DNA of 64,000 nt from an uncultured Pseudomonadota bacterium (GCA_963843375.1 CAWJKT010000003.1:64001-128000); one strand, 5' to 3'; positions 46,808 through 57,300 are shown, numbered from the stretch's first letter. Translations and numbers: made by a program. Notes: generated from the letters alone by a model not told the origin.

Positions 46808-47374
46808 ATGAGAGTCATCGCTGGAAAATTTAAAAGCCGCTCCGTTAAGGCGCCCAAAAATATGCGGATTCGCCCTACATCTGACAAAGTGAAAGGGGCG
46901 CTTTTCAATATGTTGGAACCCTTAGAGGGTTGTAGCTTGGTGGATTTTTACGCCGGAACAGGCAATCTAGGGATCGAAGCTTTGAGCAGGGGAGCCACCG
47001 AGGTTGTCTTTGTTGAAAAAGAACCCGATAGTCTGAAACTCGTGACAGAGAATCTGCAAAGTTTTGGAATAAATCCTCGTGATCCAGATGGAAATATTCA
47101 AATTATTCCATCGGAAGTAGGCAGGGCTTTTAATTTGCTTCGGCAGAGAGGCAAAAAATTTGATATTCTACTGGCCGATCCGCCGTATGAAATTGGTGTT
47201 TTAAAACTACTTCAGAATCTATTGATGGAGTATCCAATTCTCAAAGAAGGCGGCATTTTCGCCATTGAGCACGGTTTGAAAGATACGGAGATGTCTGCCG
47301 ATTTTCCTTATCCCTTGATTCGGCAAAAGAAATATGGGGATACCTTATTAAGTTTATTTAAGAATTCAAAATGA
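46808..47374 (+). CDS. rsmD: 16S rRNA m2G966 methyltransferase
   Basis: MRVIAG, RPTSDKVK, AGTGNLGIEALSRGA, DPPY, KYGDT. Confidence 0.93.
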   Translation: MRVIAGKFKSRSVKAPKNMRIRPTSDKVKGALFNMLEPLEGCSLVDFYAGTGNLGIEALSRGATEVVFVEKEPDSLKLVTENLQSFGINPRDPDGNIQIIPSEVGRAFNLLRQRGKKFDILLADPPYEIGVLKLLQNLLMEYPILKEGGIFAIEHGLKDTEMSADFPYPLIRQKKYGDTLLSLFKNSK

Positions 47375-47418
47375 TTAGGTTCTTTGCAATGTTGACCAAA
47401 AGACGGGGACAAAATTAA

Positions 47419-47907
47419 ATGGCTAAAAAGAAAATAATGATAGGGCTCTATCCCGGCTCCTTTGATCCGGTCACCAACGGCCACTTGGACATCGCCGAAA
47501 GAGCGTTCCAACTATGTGATGAGCTGTACGTGTCGGTGGTGGCTAATCCTTCAAAAGACGCTCTATTTTCTGTTGAAGAACGGGTGGCGCTTCTTCGACA
47601 GACGACAAAACACTTACCCAAGATTATTATTTCATCTTTTAACGGATTATTGGTCGATTATGCTCGTGAAATTAAAGCCAACCTCATTTTTCGGGGTTTG
47701 CGTGCGGTTTCGGATTTTGAGTACGAATTCCAAATGGCTCTGATCAATCGGACTTTGCACCAACAGATTGAAGTGGTGTTTTTAGTTCCAAATGAAAAGT
47801 TTATCTTCTTATCATCGAGTTCAATTAAAGAAGTGGCTAAATTAGGGGGCGACGTTAGTGGTTTTGTGCCCTCGGTTGTTGAAAAAGCACTTCGCAAACG
47901 CTATTGA
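47419..47907 (+). CDS. coaD: phosphopantetheine adenylyltransferase
   Basis: YPGSFDPVTNGH, RGLRAVSDFEYE, SSSIKEVA. Confidence 0.97.
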   Translation: MAKKKIMIGLYPGSFDPVTNGHLDIAERAFQLCDELYVSVVANPSKDALFSVEERVALLRQTTKHLPKIIISSFNGLLVDYAREIKANLIFRGLRAVSDFEYEFQMALINRTLHQQIEVVFLVPNEKFIFLSSSSIKEVAKLGGDVSGFVPSVVEKALRKRY

Positions 47908-47962
47908 TCGAATCTAACGAATATAACTCCTGGTAAATGGGCCTGGAAATAGGGGTATTTCC

Positions 47963-47992
47963 TTGACACTGAAAGAGTGGGATTCCTATAAT
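47963..47992 (+). promoter_or_regulatory. consensus sigma70 promoter for yceD-rpmF-plsX-fab
   Basis: TTGACA-N18-TATAAT. Confidence 0.7.
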
Positions 47993-48115
47993 CCGACTGC
48001 TTTTTAGGCCTTAGCAGTTGCCAGCCCATAGCTTTCAGCCTTAAATTATAAACAGAATCCGGTTTTGATGCCTGAAGGTTAAATGTTGGTTTTATGGAAG
48101 GGAGGCGACGCAAAG

Positions 48116-48637
48116 ATGTTGAAGGTGGAATTGCGCTCGCTTGAAAAAGAAGATCTGGTTTTAGAAGAGAAGAGTTGGGCCCATTCTTTAGGACTGGATT
48201 TGGCGCCTGAATTAAGCCGGGAACCGCTGGCGATTTTTTGTCAAGTTTCCAAAAACGGAGATTTGATTTCAGTCAAGGGTTCGGTTCAAAGCAAGATGCT
48301 TTTAACCTGCGGTCGTTGTCTGAAGGAATTCGAGACTCCTTACAAGTCCTTTTTTGAGGTCCATTACCGGCCCGAATGCGAGGGCGGTCCCGAGGAAAAA
48401 GAAAGTTTTCCGGATGGTGAAGTGGAGATTGTCTATTTCGAAGGGGATGTGCTGGATATTGGGGATCAAATCCGCCAGACCGTCCTTCTTTCGGTGCCCA
48501 TGAGGGCCCTTTGCCGAGACGATTGCCAGGGGCTCTGTAGCGGCTGTGGTTGTGATTTGAACCTGGAGTCCTGTCGTTGCACGGAACCTCCCTCCGATTC
48601 AAGATGGGAAACATTGCGGAAATGGAAATCCGAATAG
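48116..48637 (+). CDS. yceD: YceD/DUF177 family protein
   Basis: CGRCL, LSVPMRALCRDDCQGLC..CG.DLN, DSRWETL. Upstream of rpmF. Confidence 0.9.
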   Translation: MLKVELRSLEKEDLVLEEKSWAHSLGLDLAPELSREPLAIFCQVSKNGDLISVKGSVQSKMLLTCGRCLKEFETPYKSFFEVHYRPECEGGPEEKESFPDGEVEIVYFEGDVLDIGDQIRQTVLLSVPMRALCRDDCQGLCSGCGCDLNLESCRCTEPPSDSRWETLRKWKSE

Positions 48638-48719
48638 GTTGATTATGGTTGGCGGCTGGCTTTTGACAGCTTCGACACATAGTTGGTTGAATGAAGATTT
48701 TAAAATTTTGGAGGTTGTC

Positions 48720-48902
48720 ATGGCAAATCCGAAACGGCGGCATTCCCGTCAGCGCCGCGATAAGCGCCGTACCAACTGGAAAATCAAGACCAAGTCTCTA
48801 TCGGTCTGTCCCCAGTGCAAAAGCGCCAAAATGCCCCACCGTGTTTGTCCCACTTGCGGTTATTACAAGGGTAAAGAAGTCGTCAGTGTTGATATTGCTT
48901 AA
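48720..48902 (+). CDS. rpmF: 50S ribosomal protein L32
   Basis: MANPKRRHSRQRRDKRR, CPQC, PHRVCPTCGYYKG. Confidence 0.97.
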   Translation: MANPKRRHSRQRRDKRRTNWKIKTKSLSVCPQCKSAKMPHRVCPTCGYYKGKEVVSVDIA

Positions 48903-48911
48903 ATAATCCAA

Positions 48912-49967
48912 ATGAGAATAGCCCTTGATGCAATGGGTGGTGACGCAGCTCCCAGGGAAATTGTCCAGGGGGCCGTCCTCGCCGTTCGTGACGCCGAAGT
49001 CCTCGGTATGGCTAATCATGACCTGGAAATTGTTCTTGTAGGCCGCAAAGAAGCTATCGAAAAAGAACTATCCAATATTGGCAATTATCCCCGGAAATCC
49101 ATATCCATTGTTGATGCACGGGAAGTTGTTGAAATGGGCGAACCCCCTGCGCAAGCTTGCAAACAAAAACGTGATTCCTCAGTAGTGCGTTGTGCGGGAA
49201 TGGTCAAAAAAGGGGAAGTTGTCGCTACCGTTTCGGCCGGAAACTCCGGCGCCACTATGGCTGCGGCCCTGATGATGTGCGGCCGGATCGATGGGGTATT
49301 ACGCCCCGCCATTACGACCATGGTTCCTAGCATTCAAGGAGTATCCGTTTTGGTGGATGCAGGCGCCAATGTGGATTGCAAGGCTAAGCATTTACTCCAG
49401 TTCGCTTTAATGGGCGAAGTGTTCGCCCGGACGGTGTTGAACTTCAAAAATCCCAGGGTGGGTCTTCTTTCCATCGGGGAAGAAGAAACCAAAGGCAATG
49501 AATTAGTTTTCGAAACTCAGGTTCTCCTAAAAAAAGTTCCTATCAATTACATCGGAAATGTCGAAGGACGTGACATCGTGAATGGTAATACCGATGTTAC
49601 TGTTTGCGATGGATTCACCGGAAACGTGACACTGAAAGCTATAGAAGGCGTTGGAGAACTGGTATATAACCTTCTGAAAAAAGAAATGAGTTCGAATTTA
49701 TTTACGTTATTAGGTGGCCTTTTGGCCGCGCCAGCTTTTCGACGTTTTAAAAGGGCCATTGATTATAAAGAGTACGGTGGTGCTCCGTTGTTGGGAATAG
49801 ATGGTTTAAGCCTGATTTCCCACGGAAAATCAAACGCTGTCGCGATAAAAAACGCTGTCCGAGCGACTTTGCGGTGTGTTAATCGAGATATGAACGGCAT
49901 ATTGAAAGACCAAATCTTGAAACATGGTCAAGTGGTGGATAAGCCTGAACCCAAGTCCGGGAGTTGA
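48912..49967 (+). CDS. plsX: phosphate acyltransferase PlsX
   Basis: IALDAMGGD, SAGNSGA, DAGAN, IGEEETKG, DGFTGNV, YGGAPLLG, HGKS. Confidence 0.97.
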   Translation: MRIALDAMGGDAAPREIVQGAVLAVRDAEVLGMANHDLEIVLVGRKEAIEKELSNIGNYPRKSISIVDAREVVEMGEPPAQACKQKRDSSVVRCAGMVKKGEVVATVSAGNSGATMAAALMMCGRIDGVLRPAITTMVPSIQGVSVLVDAGANVDCKAKHLLQFALMGEVFARTVLNFKNPRVGLLSIGEEETKGNELVFETQVLLKKVPINYIGNVEGRDIVNGNTDVTVCDGFTGNVTLKAIEGVGELVYNLLKKEMSSNLFTLLGGLLAAPAFRRFKRAIDYKEYGGAPLLGIDGLSLISHGKSNAVAIKNAVRATLRCVNRDMNGILKDQILKHGQVVDKPEPKSGS

Positions 49968-49968
49968 A

Positions 49969-50961
49969 GTGAGCCAGAAAATACGCGCCGGATTTCTTGG
50001 GACTGGGTCCTATTTACCCGAAAAAATACTGACTAACCAAGACATGGAAAAAATCATTGATACCTCCGATGAATGGATCGTTACCCGGACTGGCATCAAA
50101 GAACGACACATTGCGGCCCCAGACCAAACCACTTCGGATATGGCAACGGAAGCGGCCAAAAGGGCGATAGAAGCGGCGGGAATAAAAGCCACCGATCTTG
50201 ATCTAATTATTGTCGCAACCATTACACCTGATATGCCCACTCCCGCAACCGCCTGTTGGGTTCAAAGTAAATTGGGAGCTCCTCAGGCAGCAGCATTTGA
50301 TCTTTCTGCCGCTTGTTCAGGATTTGTTTATGGGTTATCTGTGGCCCGAGCATTCGTGGAAAGTGGAACTTACAAAAGGATTTTGCTGATTGGGGCGGAG
50401 AAATTAACTGCTTTTATTGATTGGAAGGACAGGGCCACCTGCGTGCTTTTCGGTGATGGGGCGGGTGCGGCCATAATCGGGCCCGTTGAAGAGGGCCAAC
50501 ATGAAATTCTTTCATCCTATATGGCTGCCAATGGCAAAGAAGCTGAGCTTTTAAAAATACCCGGTGGCGGTTGCCGGTATCCTCCCTCGTTACAAACAGT
50601 AGAACAAAGTCTTCATACCTTGAAAATGGAGGGAAAGGAAATTTTCAAGACGGCCGTAAAAGTAATGACAGAAGCAACCCTTGAGGCCATTCGGAGAGCC
50701 GGGCTAAAAATCGAAGATATTTCCATGGTGGTTCCCCACCAAGCCAACATTCGAATCATCAATGCCATCGGAGAAAGATTAAATCTGCCGCCGGAAATGC
50801 TTTTTATGAATTTGGATAAAATTGGCAATACCTCAGCCGCTTCCGTCATTATCGCCTTAGATGAAATTGTGAGAACAGGAAAAATCAAAAAGGGACAGGC
50901 ACTTGTTTTTGTCGCCTTTGGAGCCGGAACCACCTTGGCTTCCTGCGCGGTGAGGTGGTAA
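49969..50961 (+). CDS. fabH: beta-ketoacyl-ACP synthase III
   Basis: DTSDEWIVTRTGI, AACSGF, LFGDGAGA, PHQAN, GNTSAAS. Confidence 0.97.
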   Translation: MSQKIRAGFLGTGSYLPEKILTNQDMEKIIDTSDEWIVTRTGIKERHIAAPDQTTSDMATEAAKRAIEAAGIKATDLDLIIVATITPDMPTPATACWVQSKLGAPQAAAFDLSAACSGFVYGLSVARAFVESGTYKRILLIGAEKLTAFIDWKDRATCVLFGDGAGAAIIGPVEEGQHEILSSYMAANGKEAELLKIPGGGCRYPPSLQTVEQSLHTLKMEGKEIFKTAVKVMTEATLEAIRRAGLKIEDISMVVPHQANIRIINAIGERLNLPPEMLFMNLDKIGNTSAASVIIALDEIVRTGKIKKGQALVFVAFGAGTTLASCAVRW

Positions 50962-50964
50962 GTC

Positions 50965-51888
50965 GTGAAACGAGCATTTGTATTTCCTGGACAGGGTTCC
51001 CAATCGGCGGGAATGGGGAAAGATCTTTATGAAGCCTATGCGGAATGCAAGGATCTCTTTGAAAGGGCTGATCAGGTTCTCGGATTCTCGCTTTCTAAAA
51101 TTTGTTTTGAGGGTCCCGAGGAAGAATTAAAAAAAACAACCGTAACCCAACCGGCCCTATTGGTTTGTTCTATCGCGGTTCTGGCTATCTTAAAAAAAGG
51201 CAACGTTGGGTATTCAGCCGTAGCGGGGCATAGCCTTGGGGCTTATAGTGCTCTTGCTGCGGCCAATGTTATTGATTTCGAAGATGCCGTTAAGTTGGTT
51301 CGACTCCGGGGGGAGTTAATGGAAGAAGCTGGTAAGGGCAAGGGAACGATGGCGGTCATCCTTAATTTGGACGAGGAAAAAGTATTACAAGCCTGCAAAG
51401 AAGCTTCTTCCCTGGGGGTGGTGGAACCCGCCAATGTCAACTGTCCCGGACAAATTGTGATTTCGGGTGAAAAGGCTGCGGTGGCAGCCGCCTGTGAGAA
51501 GGCCAAGGTTTTAGGTGCCAAAAGAGCGATGGAACTTCAGGTGAGCGGGCCTTTCCACAGTTCTCTAATGAAACAAGCTGCCGATGGTTTACGTCAGGCT
51601 TTAGAAAATGTGAAATTCTCCTCGCCGCAGGTTACTTATTATTCTGATATTGAAGCCGTAATCCTGAGTGATGCCAACCAGATTAAGGAAAGTTTAGTTC
51701 GTCAGCTCATGGCACCCGTTCAATGGATTCAGACTATTGAAAAAATGACTCAGGATGGTTTTTCCAATTTCGTGGAAGTGGGTTCGGGTAGAGTGTTGAG
51801 TGGCCTCATTAAAAAGATTTCCAAGGATTCCATAGTGTCAAACGCGGGTGATGTGGATTCGATTAAATCGGTCATTGAGGCCAAATGA
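50965..51888 (+). CDS. fabD: malonyl-CoA:ACP transacylase
   Basis: FPGQGSQ, GHSLG, VSGPFHSSLM. Confidence 0.97.
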   Translation: MKRAFVFPGQGSQSAGMGKDLYEAYAECKDLFERADQVLGFSLSKICFEGPEEELKKTTVTQPALLVCSIAVLAILKKGNVGYSAVAGHSLGAYSALAAANVIDFEDAVKLVRLRGELMEEAGKGKGTMAVILNLDEEKVLQACKEASSLGVVEPANVNCPGQIVISGEKAAVAAACEKAKVLGAKRAMELQVSGPFHSSLMKQAADGLRQALENVKFSSPQVTYYSDIEAVILSDANQIKESLVRQLMAPVQWIQTIEKMTQDGFSNFVEVGSGRVLSGLIKKISKDSIVSNAGDVDSIKSVIEAK

Positions 51889-52625
51889 AACTCAAAGATA
51901 AAATTGCAGTTGTTACAGGGGGTAATCGGGGGATTGGCAAGTCCATTGCCCTCACTTTGGGCCAAAATGGGGCTTCTTTGGCTATTTGCGGCATCAATGA
52001 GGCTACTTTGAAGGAAACTGCATCTGAAATTGAAAAAGCTGGCGTTAGATGCCTTGCCAAAAAGGTAGATGTTTCCAATGCTGAAGAAGTCGAGACTTTT
52101 TCTAAGGATGTTTTAAACACTTTTGGAAAAATTGATGTGCTAGTGAACAACGCTGGTATAACGAAAGATAATCTTTTAATCCGCATGAGTGAACAGGAAT
52201 GGGATGAAGTGCTCGATACCAATTTGAAGAGTACGTTTATGATGACCAAGGCTTTCGTTCGATCAATGATGAAAGCTCGGCAGGGGCGCATTATCAATAT
52301 CACTTCTATCATTGGGATCAGGGGTAACGCCGGCCAAGCGAATTATGCTGCCAGCAAAGCCGGAATTATTGGTTTGACGAAAACCACGGCGCGGGAATTC
52401 GCAAGCAGGAACATCACTTGCAATGCCATCGCTCCAGGATTCATTCAAACTGACATGACCAGCCTTTTGGGCGACAAGGCGAAGGAAGAATTGCTAAAAC
52501 AAATTCCTTTGGGGTTTTTAGGGGAAACGGTTGATATTGCTGGTACAGTTTTGTTTTTTGCCTCAAATGAAGCGAGATATATTACAGGACAAGTTATTTG
52601 CGTTGATGGTGGAATGGTGATATAA
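51885..52625 (+). CDS. fabG: 3-oxoacyl-ACP reductase
   Basis: TGGNRGIG, NNAGITKD, GQANYAASK, APGFIQTDMT. Confidence 0.97.
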   Translation: MKLKDKIAVVTGGNRGIGKSIALTLGQNGASLAICGINEATLKETASEIEKAGVRCLAKKVDVSNAEEVETFSKDVLNTFGKIDVLVNNAGITKDNLLIRMSEQEWDEVLDTNLKSTFMMTKAFVRSMMKARQGRIINITSIIGIRGNAGQANYAASKAGIIGLTKTTAREFASRNITCNAIAPGFIQTDMTSLLGDKAKEELLKQIPLGFLGETVDIAGTVLFFASNEARYITGQVICVDGGMVI

Positions 52626-52648
52626 GAGTCTGCTTTTGGAAGTCGCGG

Positions 52649-52676
52649 TTGAAAAGAGTTGTTTTTTGCCTATGAT
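52649..52676 (+). promoter_or_regulatory. internal promoter for acpP
   Basis: TTGAAA-N16-TATGAT. Confidence 0.45.
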
Positions 52677-52705
52677 GAATCACACTTTTAACGGAGGTGA
52701 AGACG

Positions 52706-52942
52706 ATGGCTATTGAAGAAAAGGTGAAAGAAATTATCGTTGATCAATTGGGAGTTGAACCCGATCAGGTGAAGCCGGAAGCTTCCTTCATTGATGATTT
52801 GGGCGCTGATTCTCTTGATACGGTCGAGTTGGTTATGGCGTTTGAAGAAGAGTTTGACCTGGAAATTCCTGATGATGATGCTGCAAAGATAAAAAGTGTT
52901 GGAGACGCCATTACTTACATCAAGTCCAAAGCTTCGGAATAA
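52706..52942 (+). CDS. acpP: acyl carrier protein
   Basis: [20 protein letters not shown]. Confidence 0.98.
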   Translation: MAIEEKVKEIIVDQLGVEPDQVKPEASFIDDLGADSLDTVELVMAFEEEFDLEIPDDDAAKIKSVGDAITYIKSKASE

Positions 52943-52963
52943 TTTCCCCGCCGGGAGGGTTTC

Positions 52964-54208
52964 TTGAAACGTGTTGTCATCACTGGTCTGGGAGCCATCA
53001 CTCCCAACGGAAATAATCCAAATGAGTTCTTTAACAATATCTGCGATGGAAAAAGCGGAATTGCGACTTTAACTCGCTTTGATCCTTCGCGTTTGGCTAG
53101 CCGGATCGGGGGCGAAGTAAAAGATTTTGACCCGGTTAAGTTTGGCATTGAGAAAAAAGATGTCAAAAAAATGGATTATTTTGTCCAGTATGGTGTCGCA
53201 GCCAGTCTCCAAGCGGTTGCCGATGCCAAGTTGGATATGACGAAAGAAGATAAAACGCGCGTAGGTGTATTAATAGGTTCTGGAATCGGAGGCTTGCCGG
53301 TTTTGGTAGAACAGCACAGCCGATTGATTGAAAAGGGACCGGACCGCGTTTCGCCCTTCCTCATCCCAATGATGATTATCAACATGGCTTCGGGTATGAC
53401 CTCCATTTATTTGGAAGCTCAGGGACCTAATACGGCAACTGTTTCAGCTTGCGCATCGGGAGCCCACGCTATCGGGGAGGCCGTACGCTGGATTCAAAAA
53501 GGTGACGCCGATGTGGTTGTTGCGGGTGGAGCTGAAGCTTGCATCACCGAACTAGGTTATGCCGGATTCTGCAACATGAATGCTCTTTGTATGGAATTCA
53601 ATGATAACCCCACTAAGGGCAGCCGACCCTTTGACAAAAACCGCTGCGGTTTCGTCATGGGCGAAGGTGCGGGGATCGTCGTATTGGAATCACTTGAACA
53701 CGCTCAGGCTCGTGGAGCAAAAATATATGCTGAGGCTTTGGGATATGGCATGACTTCTGATGCTTATCATATGACCACTCCGGCAGAAAACGGGGAAGGT
53801 GCCGCTCGAGCAATGCAACTGGCACTTAAGGATGCCAAAATAACCCCCGAAGCCGTAGGTTACATTAATGCACATGGGACTTCCACGCCTTATAACGACA
53901 AATTCGAGACTATGGCCATCAAGACAGTTTTCAAAGAACATGCAAAAAAATTAGCCATTTCTTCCACAAAGTCAACGACCGGCCATTTGTTAGGAGCCGC
54001 CGGTGGAATTGAATATGTGGCCTGTATTCTTGCCATTCAAAATGGGGTTCTTCCTCCGACTATAAACCAAGAAGTATCGGATCCCGATTGCGATTTAGAC
54101 TATATTCCTAATCAAAAAAGGTTTACTCCTGTAAGTGTTTGCCTTTCCAACTCTTTGGGGTTTGGCGGCCACAATGTCTCTCTCATTGTTCAAAAATTTA
54201 ATTCCTAA
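52964..54208 (+). CDS. fabF: beta-ketoacyl-ACP synthase II
   Basis: RVVITGLG, SACASG, GFVMGEGAG, NAHGTST, GHLLGAAG, GFGGHN. Confidence 0.97.
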   Translation: MKRVVITGLGAITPNGNNPNEFFNNICDGKSGIATLTRFDPSRLASRIGGEVKDFDPVKFGIEKKDVKKMDYFVQYGVAASLQAVADAKLDMTKEDKTRVGVLIGSGIGGLPVLVEQHSRLIEKGPDRVSPFLIPMMIINMASGMTSIYLEAQGPNTATVSACASGAHAIGEAVRWIQKGDADVVVAGGAEACITELGYAGFCNMNALCMEFNDNPTKGSRPFDKNRCGFVMGEGAGIVVLESLEHAQARGAKIYAEALGYGMTSDAYHMTTPAENGEGAARAMQLALKDAKITPEAVGYINAHGTSTPYNDKFETMAIKTVFKEHAKKLAISSTKSTTGHLLGAAGGIEYVACILAIQNGVLPPTINQEVSDPDCDLDYIPNQKRFTPVSVCLSNSLGFGGHNVSLIVQKFNS

Positions 54209-54977
54209 AAAGCAGAAAACCTCCTCCAAGGCCGTCATCGACCTCGATTCGGAACGCTTGGGTCAACTGAAACGGTTCGCGAAATCCCTTCACATACCGA
54301 TGGGTGATGGACAGTTTTTAAACGAGGCCCTAACTCATAAATCCTACGCTCATGAAAGGAAAATGACTTCCAGTTACAACAATGAAAAATTAGAATTTCT
54401 TGGAGATTCGGTGTTGGGTCTCGTCATAAGCCAGCATGTTTTTGAAACCTACCCTGGGGTCACTGAAGGGGGCCTATCAAAAGTTAAGAGCGTGGTGGTC
54501 AGCGCCCAGGTTTTAAGCGAAAAAGCTAAAGATCTGAAACTCGGTGAGTTTATCCTTCTCGGGAAGGGTGAGGAAAAGTCCGGTGGCCGCACCCGTCCTG
54601 CGCTTCTTGCGGACGCATTAGAGGCGGTAATTGGAGCGGTTTATTTGGTCGGAGGGCTAACGGCGGCGATGAAACTTGTTCTAAGTTTCTTGCGGGAAGA
54701 TGTCGATAATGTTTTTTCGGGAAGGATCGAAACGGATTATAAGACTTTGCTTCAAGAGTATTTCCAAAAAACTCAGAAATTGGCCCCCCGATACGATATC
54801 GTGAGGGAATGGGGTCCCGACCATAATCGCAATTTTGAGGCGGCATGCCAGATACAGGGGAAGATTCTCTCGACGGGAGTGGGGAAGAATAAAAAAGAAG
54901 CCGAACAAATTGCGGCCCAAACGGCCATTCAAAAACTCCACATTCACGTTTCGACACCGAGTGACCATAAAATCTAA
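54174..54977 (+). CDS. rnc: ribonuclease III (start uncertain)
   Basis: ALTHKS, NEKLEFLGDSVL, ADALEAVIGA, dsRBD DYKTLLQE...GPDH...KKEAEQ. Confidence 0.96.
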   Translation: MSLSLFKNLIPKKQKTSSKAVIDLDSERLGQLKRFAKSLHIPMGDGQFLNEALTHKSYAHERKMTSSYNNEKLEFLGDSVLGLVISQHVFETYPGVTEGGLSKVKSVVVSAQVLSEKAKDLKLGEFILLGKGEEKSGGRTRPALLADALEAVIGAVYLVGGLTAAMKLVLSFLREDVDNVFSGRIETDYKTLLQEYFQKTQKLAPRYDIVREWGPDHNRNFEAACQIQGKILSTGVGKNKKEAEQIAAQTAIQKLHIHVSTPSDHKI

Positions 54978-54991
54978 GATGGGAGAGTTTT

Positions 54992-55249
54992 ATGTCAAAG
55001 GGAGCGGGAGCCACTCTTTTGATAATCCTAATAGGCGGAATCTTGGGAGGTTATTTAGGCGAGCTTTTAGGACTATTAATTCCAACGGGATTTATCCATG
55101 ACATTTTCATCAGGGGTTTCACTTTGGGTTTTGATGCCCCATTGATCTTTAATCTGCGGATTATAGTGCTCACATTTGGAGTGAAAATATTTGTTAATCT
55201 ATTAGGCGTGCTTGGCATGATCTGTGGTCTTTATTATTCATCTAAATAG
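54992..55249 (+). CDS. DUF4321-like small membrane protein
   Basis: ILIGGILGGYLGELLG...LGFDAPLIFNLRIIVLTFGVKIFVNLLG. Precedes maf. Confidence 0.7.
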   Translation: MSKGAGATLLIILIGGILGGYLGELLGLLIPTGFIHDIFIRGFTLGFDAPLIFNLRIIVLTFGVKIFVNLLGVLGMICGLYYSSK

Positions 55250-55258
55250 TTCCCCTTA

Positions 55259-55834
55259 ATGAAATATCTTCTTTTAGCCTCTCAATCACCCCGTCGGCGA
55301 AAAATCCTCAACTTTGCTGGCATTTCCTTTAAAGTTGTCAAACCGGTAAATATTGTGGAAAAAAGAAAAAGGGGGGAAGGGCCCAAGCTTTTGGTTCGCC
55401 GTCTTGCGCTTGAAAAAGCCACGGAGGTTTCAAAACGCTTTCCAACCGCGTGGGTTTTAGGTGCTGATACGATGGTCGTTTGTGGAAAGAATATTTTTGG
55501 GAAACCCAGGAATCGGCATGAAGCGGGAAAAATGCTCAGGCGGCTCCAAGGACGGTCCCATACCGTTTGGACGGGCACGGCTCTGGTTGGTTTTAGTGGC
55601 AATTGGATAAAAAGTTATTCGGAAAAAACAAAAGTATTTTTTAGGAAATTAAAAAAGATGGAGTTTGAAAGTTATTTGAATTCCAAAGAACCTTATGATA
55701 AAGCCGGTGCTTATGATATCCAAGGAACCGCAAGGGCTTGGGTTCGTAAATGGGATGGAGATTATTTCAACGTCATGGGACTACCCCTCCAATGGGTAGT
55801 CCGAGAAATAAATGGTCTTAAAGACGTCGACTAA
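55259..55834 (+). CDS. maf: Maf/YhdE nucleotide pyrophosphatase
   Basis: LASQSPRR, GADTMV, GKP, DKAGAY.IQG, NVMGLP. Confidence 0.94.
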   Translation: MKYLLLASQSPRRRKILNFAGISFKVVKPVNIVEKRKRGEGPKLLVRRLALEKATEVSKRFPTAWVLGADTMVVCGKNIFGKPRNRHEAGKMLRRLQGRSHTVWTGTALVGFSGNWIKSYSEKTKVFFRKLKKMEFESYLNSKEPYDKAGAYDIQGTARAWVRKWDGDYFNVMGLPLQWVVREINGLKDVD

Positions 55835-57300
55835 CTGTTTAGAAATGTTTTAACATTCATTGTTTTTCGCTGAGCGCTCAAGAAGTCTTGAAGCCAATCT
55901 TCCTGACGCTGATTTATCAAACGCTGCTGTAATTGGGCGCGCTCCTGATCGGTCATCGCTGAGGCGGATTTACCATCCTTTGAGTCAATAATTTGAAAAA
56001 AGTATTCTTTTCTATCGATGGGAACAGGGCCCTTCCAGTCCTGAACGTAAAGGCTGGCCAGTTCCTCCGCGGTTCCTTTGGAGTTTTTAAGGCCTTTTAT
56101 ATCGGATTGTCGGTTGAACCAATCGGTTGTTGAGGCTTTTAAACCCAATTCATTTGCGGCTTTTTCCAAGGGTTCCTTTGCTTTCAACTTTTCGACTAAT
56201 TCCGTAGAAAGAGATAGGATTTTCTCGGCGGCCTTTTCTTTCTGGTATTGAATTAAAACCTTGGAACGAACCTCCGCGAAGGTGCTTTTATAGGCTTTTT
56301 CAGAATCCTCAAGTTGGGCAATATCATAACCATTTCCTAACTTAACAGGTTTGCTGATTTCCCCTTTCTTTAAACTGAAAAAAACATCTTCTAATTCTTT
56401 TGCGTCCTTTAATGTTCCACGTTCGATCCAACCAAATTCGCCACCTTTATTTTTGGTGCTATCGTCCTGCGAATATTTTTTGGCTAAATCCTCAAATTTT
56501 GATTTTCCTGAAAGGATTTGTTGCCGATAGCCTTCAAGAATTTTTTGGGAATCTTCTAATTCTTGAGTGGCATTGGCTTGAGATGCGAGATAAATGTGTC
56601 GAATTTTTACTCGCTCAGGGTGATCGAATTGGCCGCGAATTCTCTCGTAATAGTCCTTTAAGTCTTCCTCTTTAATCGGCACATTTTTTTCAAAAGAAGC
56701 TTCATCCATGAATAAATATGCAGCTTTAAGATCCCGATTCATTAATTCCATATAGTGATTTATTTCATCATTGGTATACAAGACGCCATCTAATAACGTG
56801 GAACGGACCCGCTGCATTAAAATCTGCTTCCGCTCAGAACTTTCGTATTCCTCGACCGTTATTTGGTGGTCTGCTAGGATTTTGTAATAAGCTTCTTTGT
56901 CGAAATTGCCGTTTTTGTCTTGAAAATAGTTTTGATGGCGAATAGTTCCCGCCAATTCTTCATCTGAGACACTAAGGCCCAACTTTTGGGCGGTTTGTTC
57001 TAATACCACATCATCAATTAAATTATCCAAAACATCTTCTTGAAGATGTTTTGTTTCTTCAGCCGTTGGACCCTCTTCTTTTGCGGCGTAAAGCTTGTCT
57101 AATACCGGTTGGTAAGCTTTATTAAAATCCGCACGGGTCACGCCACCATCTCCAACCTGTGCAGCGTAAATATTGGAGTCCACCTTGTTTGTAGTAGTGT
57201 ATTTCATTCCAAATACAAAAAATATGCTTCCAACAAAGGCGACCACCAACATCCATAAGATTACATGCATGGTTCTTTTGTCCCGCAACGCACGCATCAT
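55831..57300 (-). CDS. PpiD/SurA-like membrane-anchored periplasmic chaperone (parvulin)
   Basis: N-terminal TM, SurA_N-like region (F..KNGNFDKEAY), rotamase RHI...FEDLAKKYSQD..TKNKGGEFGW. Confidence 0.85.
   Translation of the reverse strand: MMRALRDKRTMHVILWMLVVAFVGSIFFVFGMKYTTTNKVDSNIYAAQVGDGGVTRADFNKAYQPVLDKLYAAKEEGPTAEETKHLQEDVLDNLIDDVVLEQTAQKLGLSVSDEELAGTIRHQNYFQDKNGNFDKEAYYKILADHQITVEEYESSERKQILMQRVRSTLLDGVLYTNDEINHYMELMNRDLKAAYLFMDEASFEKNVPIKEEDLKDYYERIRGQFDHPERVKIRHIYLASQANATQELEDSQKILEGYRQQILSGKSKFEDLAKKYSQDDSTKNKGGEFGWIERGTLKDAKELEDVFFSLKKGEISKPVKLGNGYDIAQLEDSEKAYKSTFAEVRSKVLIQYQKEKAAEKILSLSTELVEKLKAKEPLEKAANELGLKASTTDWFNRQSDIKGLKNSKGTAEELASLYVQDWKGPVPIDRKEYFFQIIDSKDGKSASAMTDQERAQLQQRLINQRQEDWLQDFLSAQRKTMNVKTFLNS

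Noticed and set aside
814..55014. Many antisense or overlapping ORFs in the track (e.g. 814-1575, 14599-15222, 30378-30998, 54550-55014)
   Set aside because: They are shadows of well-supported genes, with no motifs of their own.
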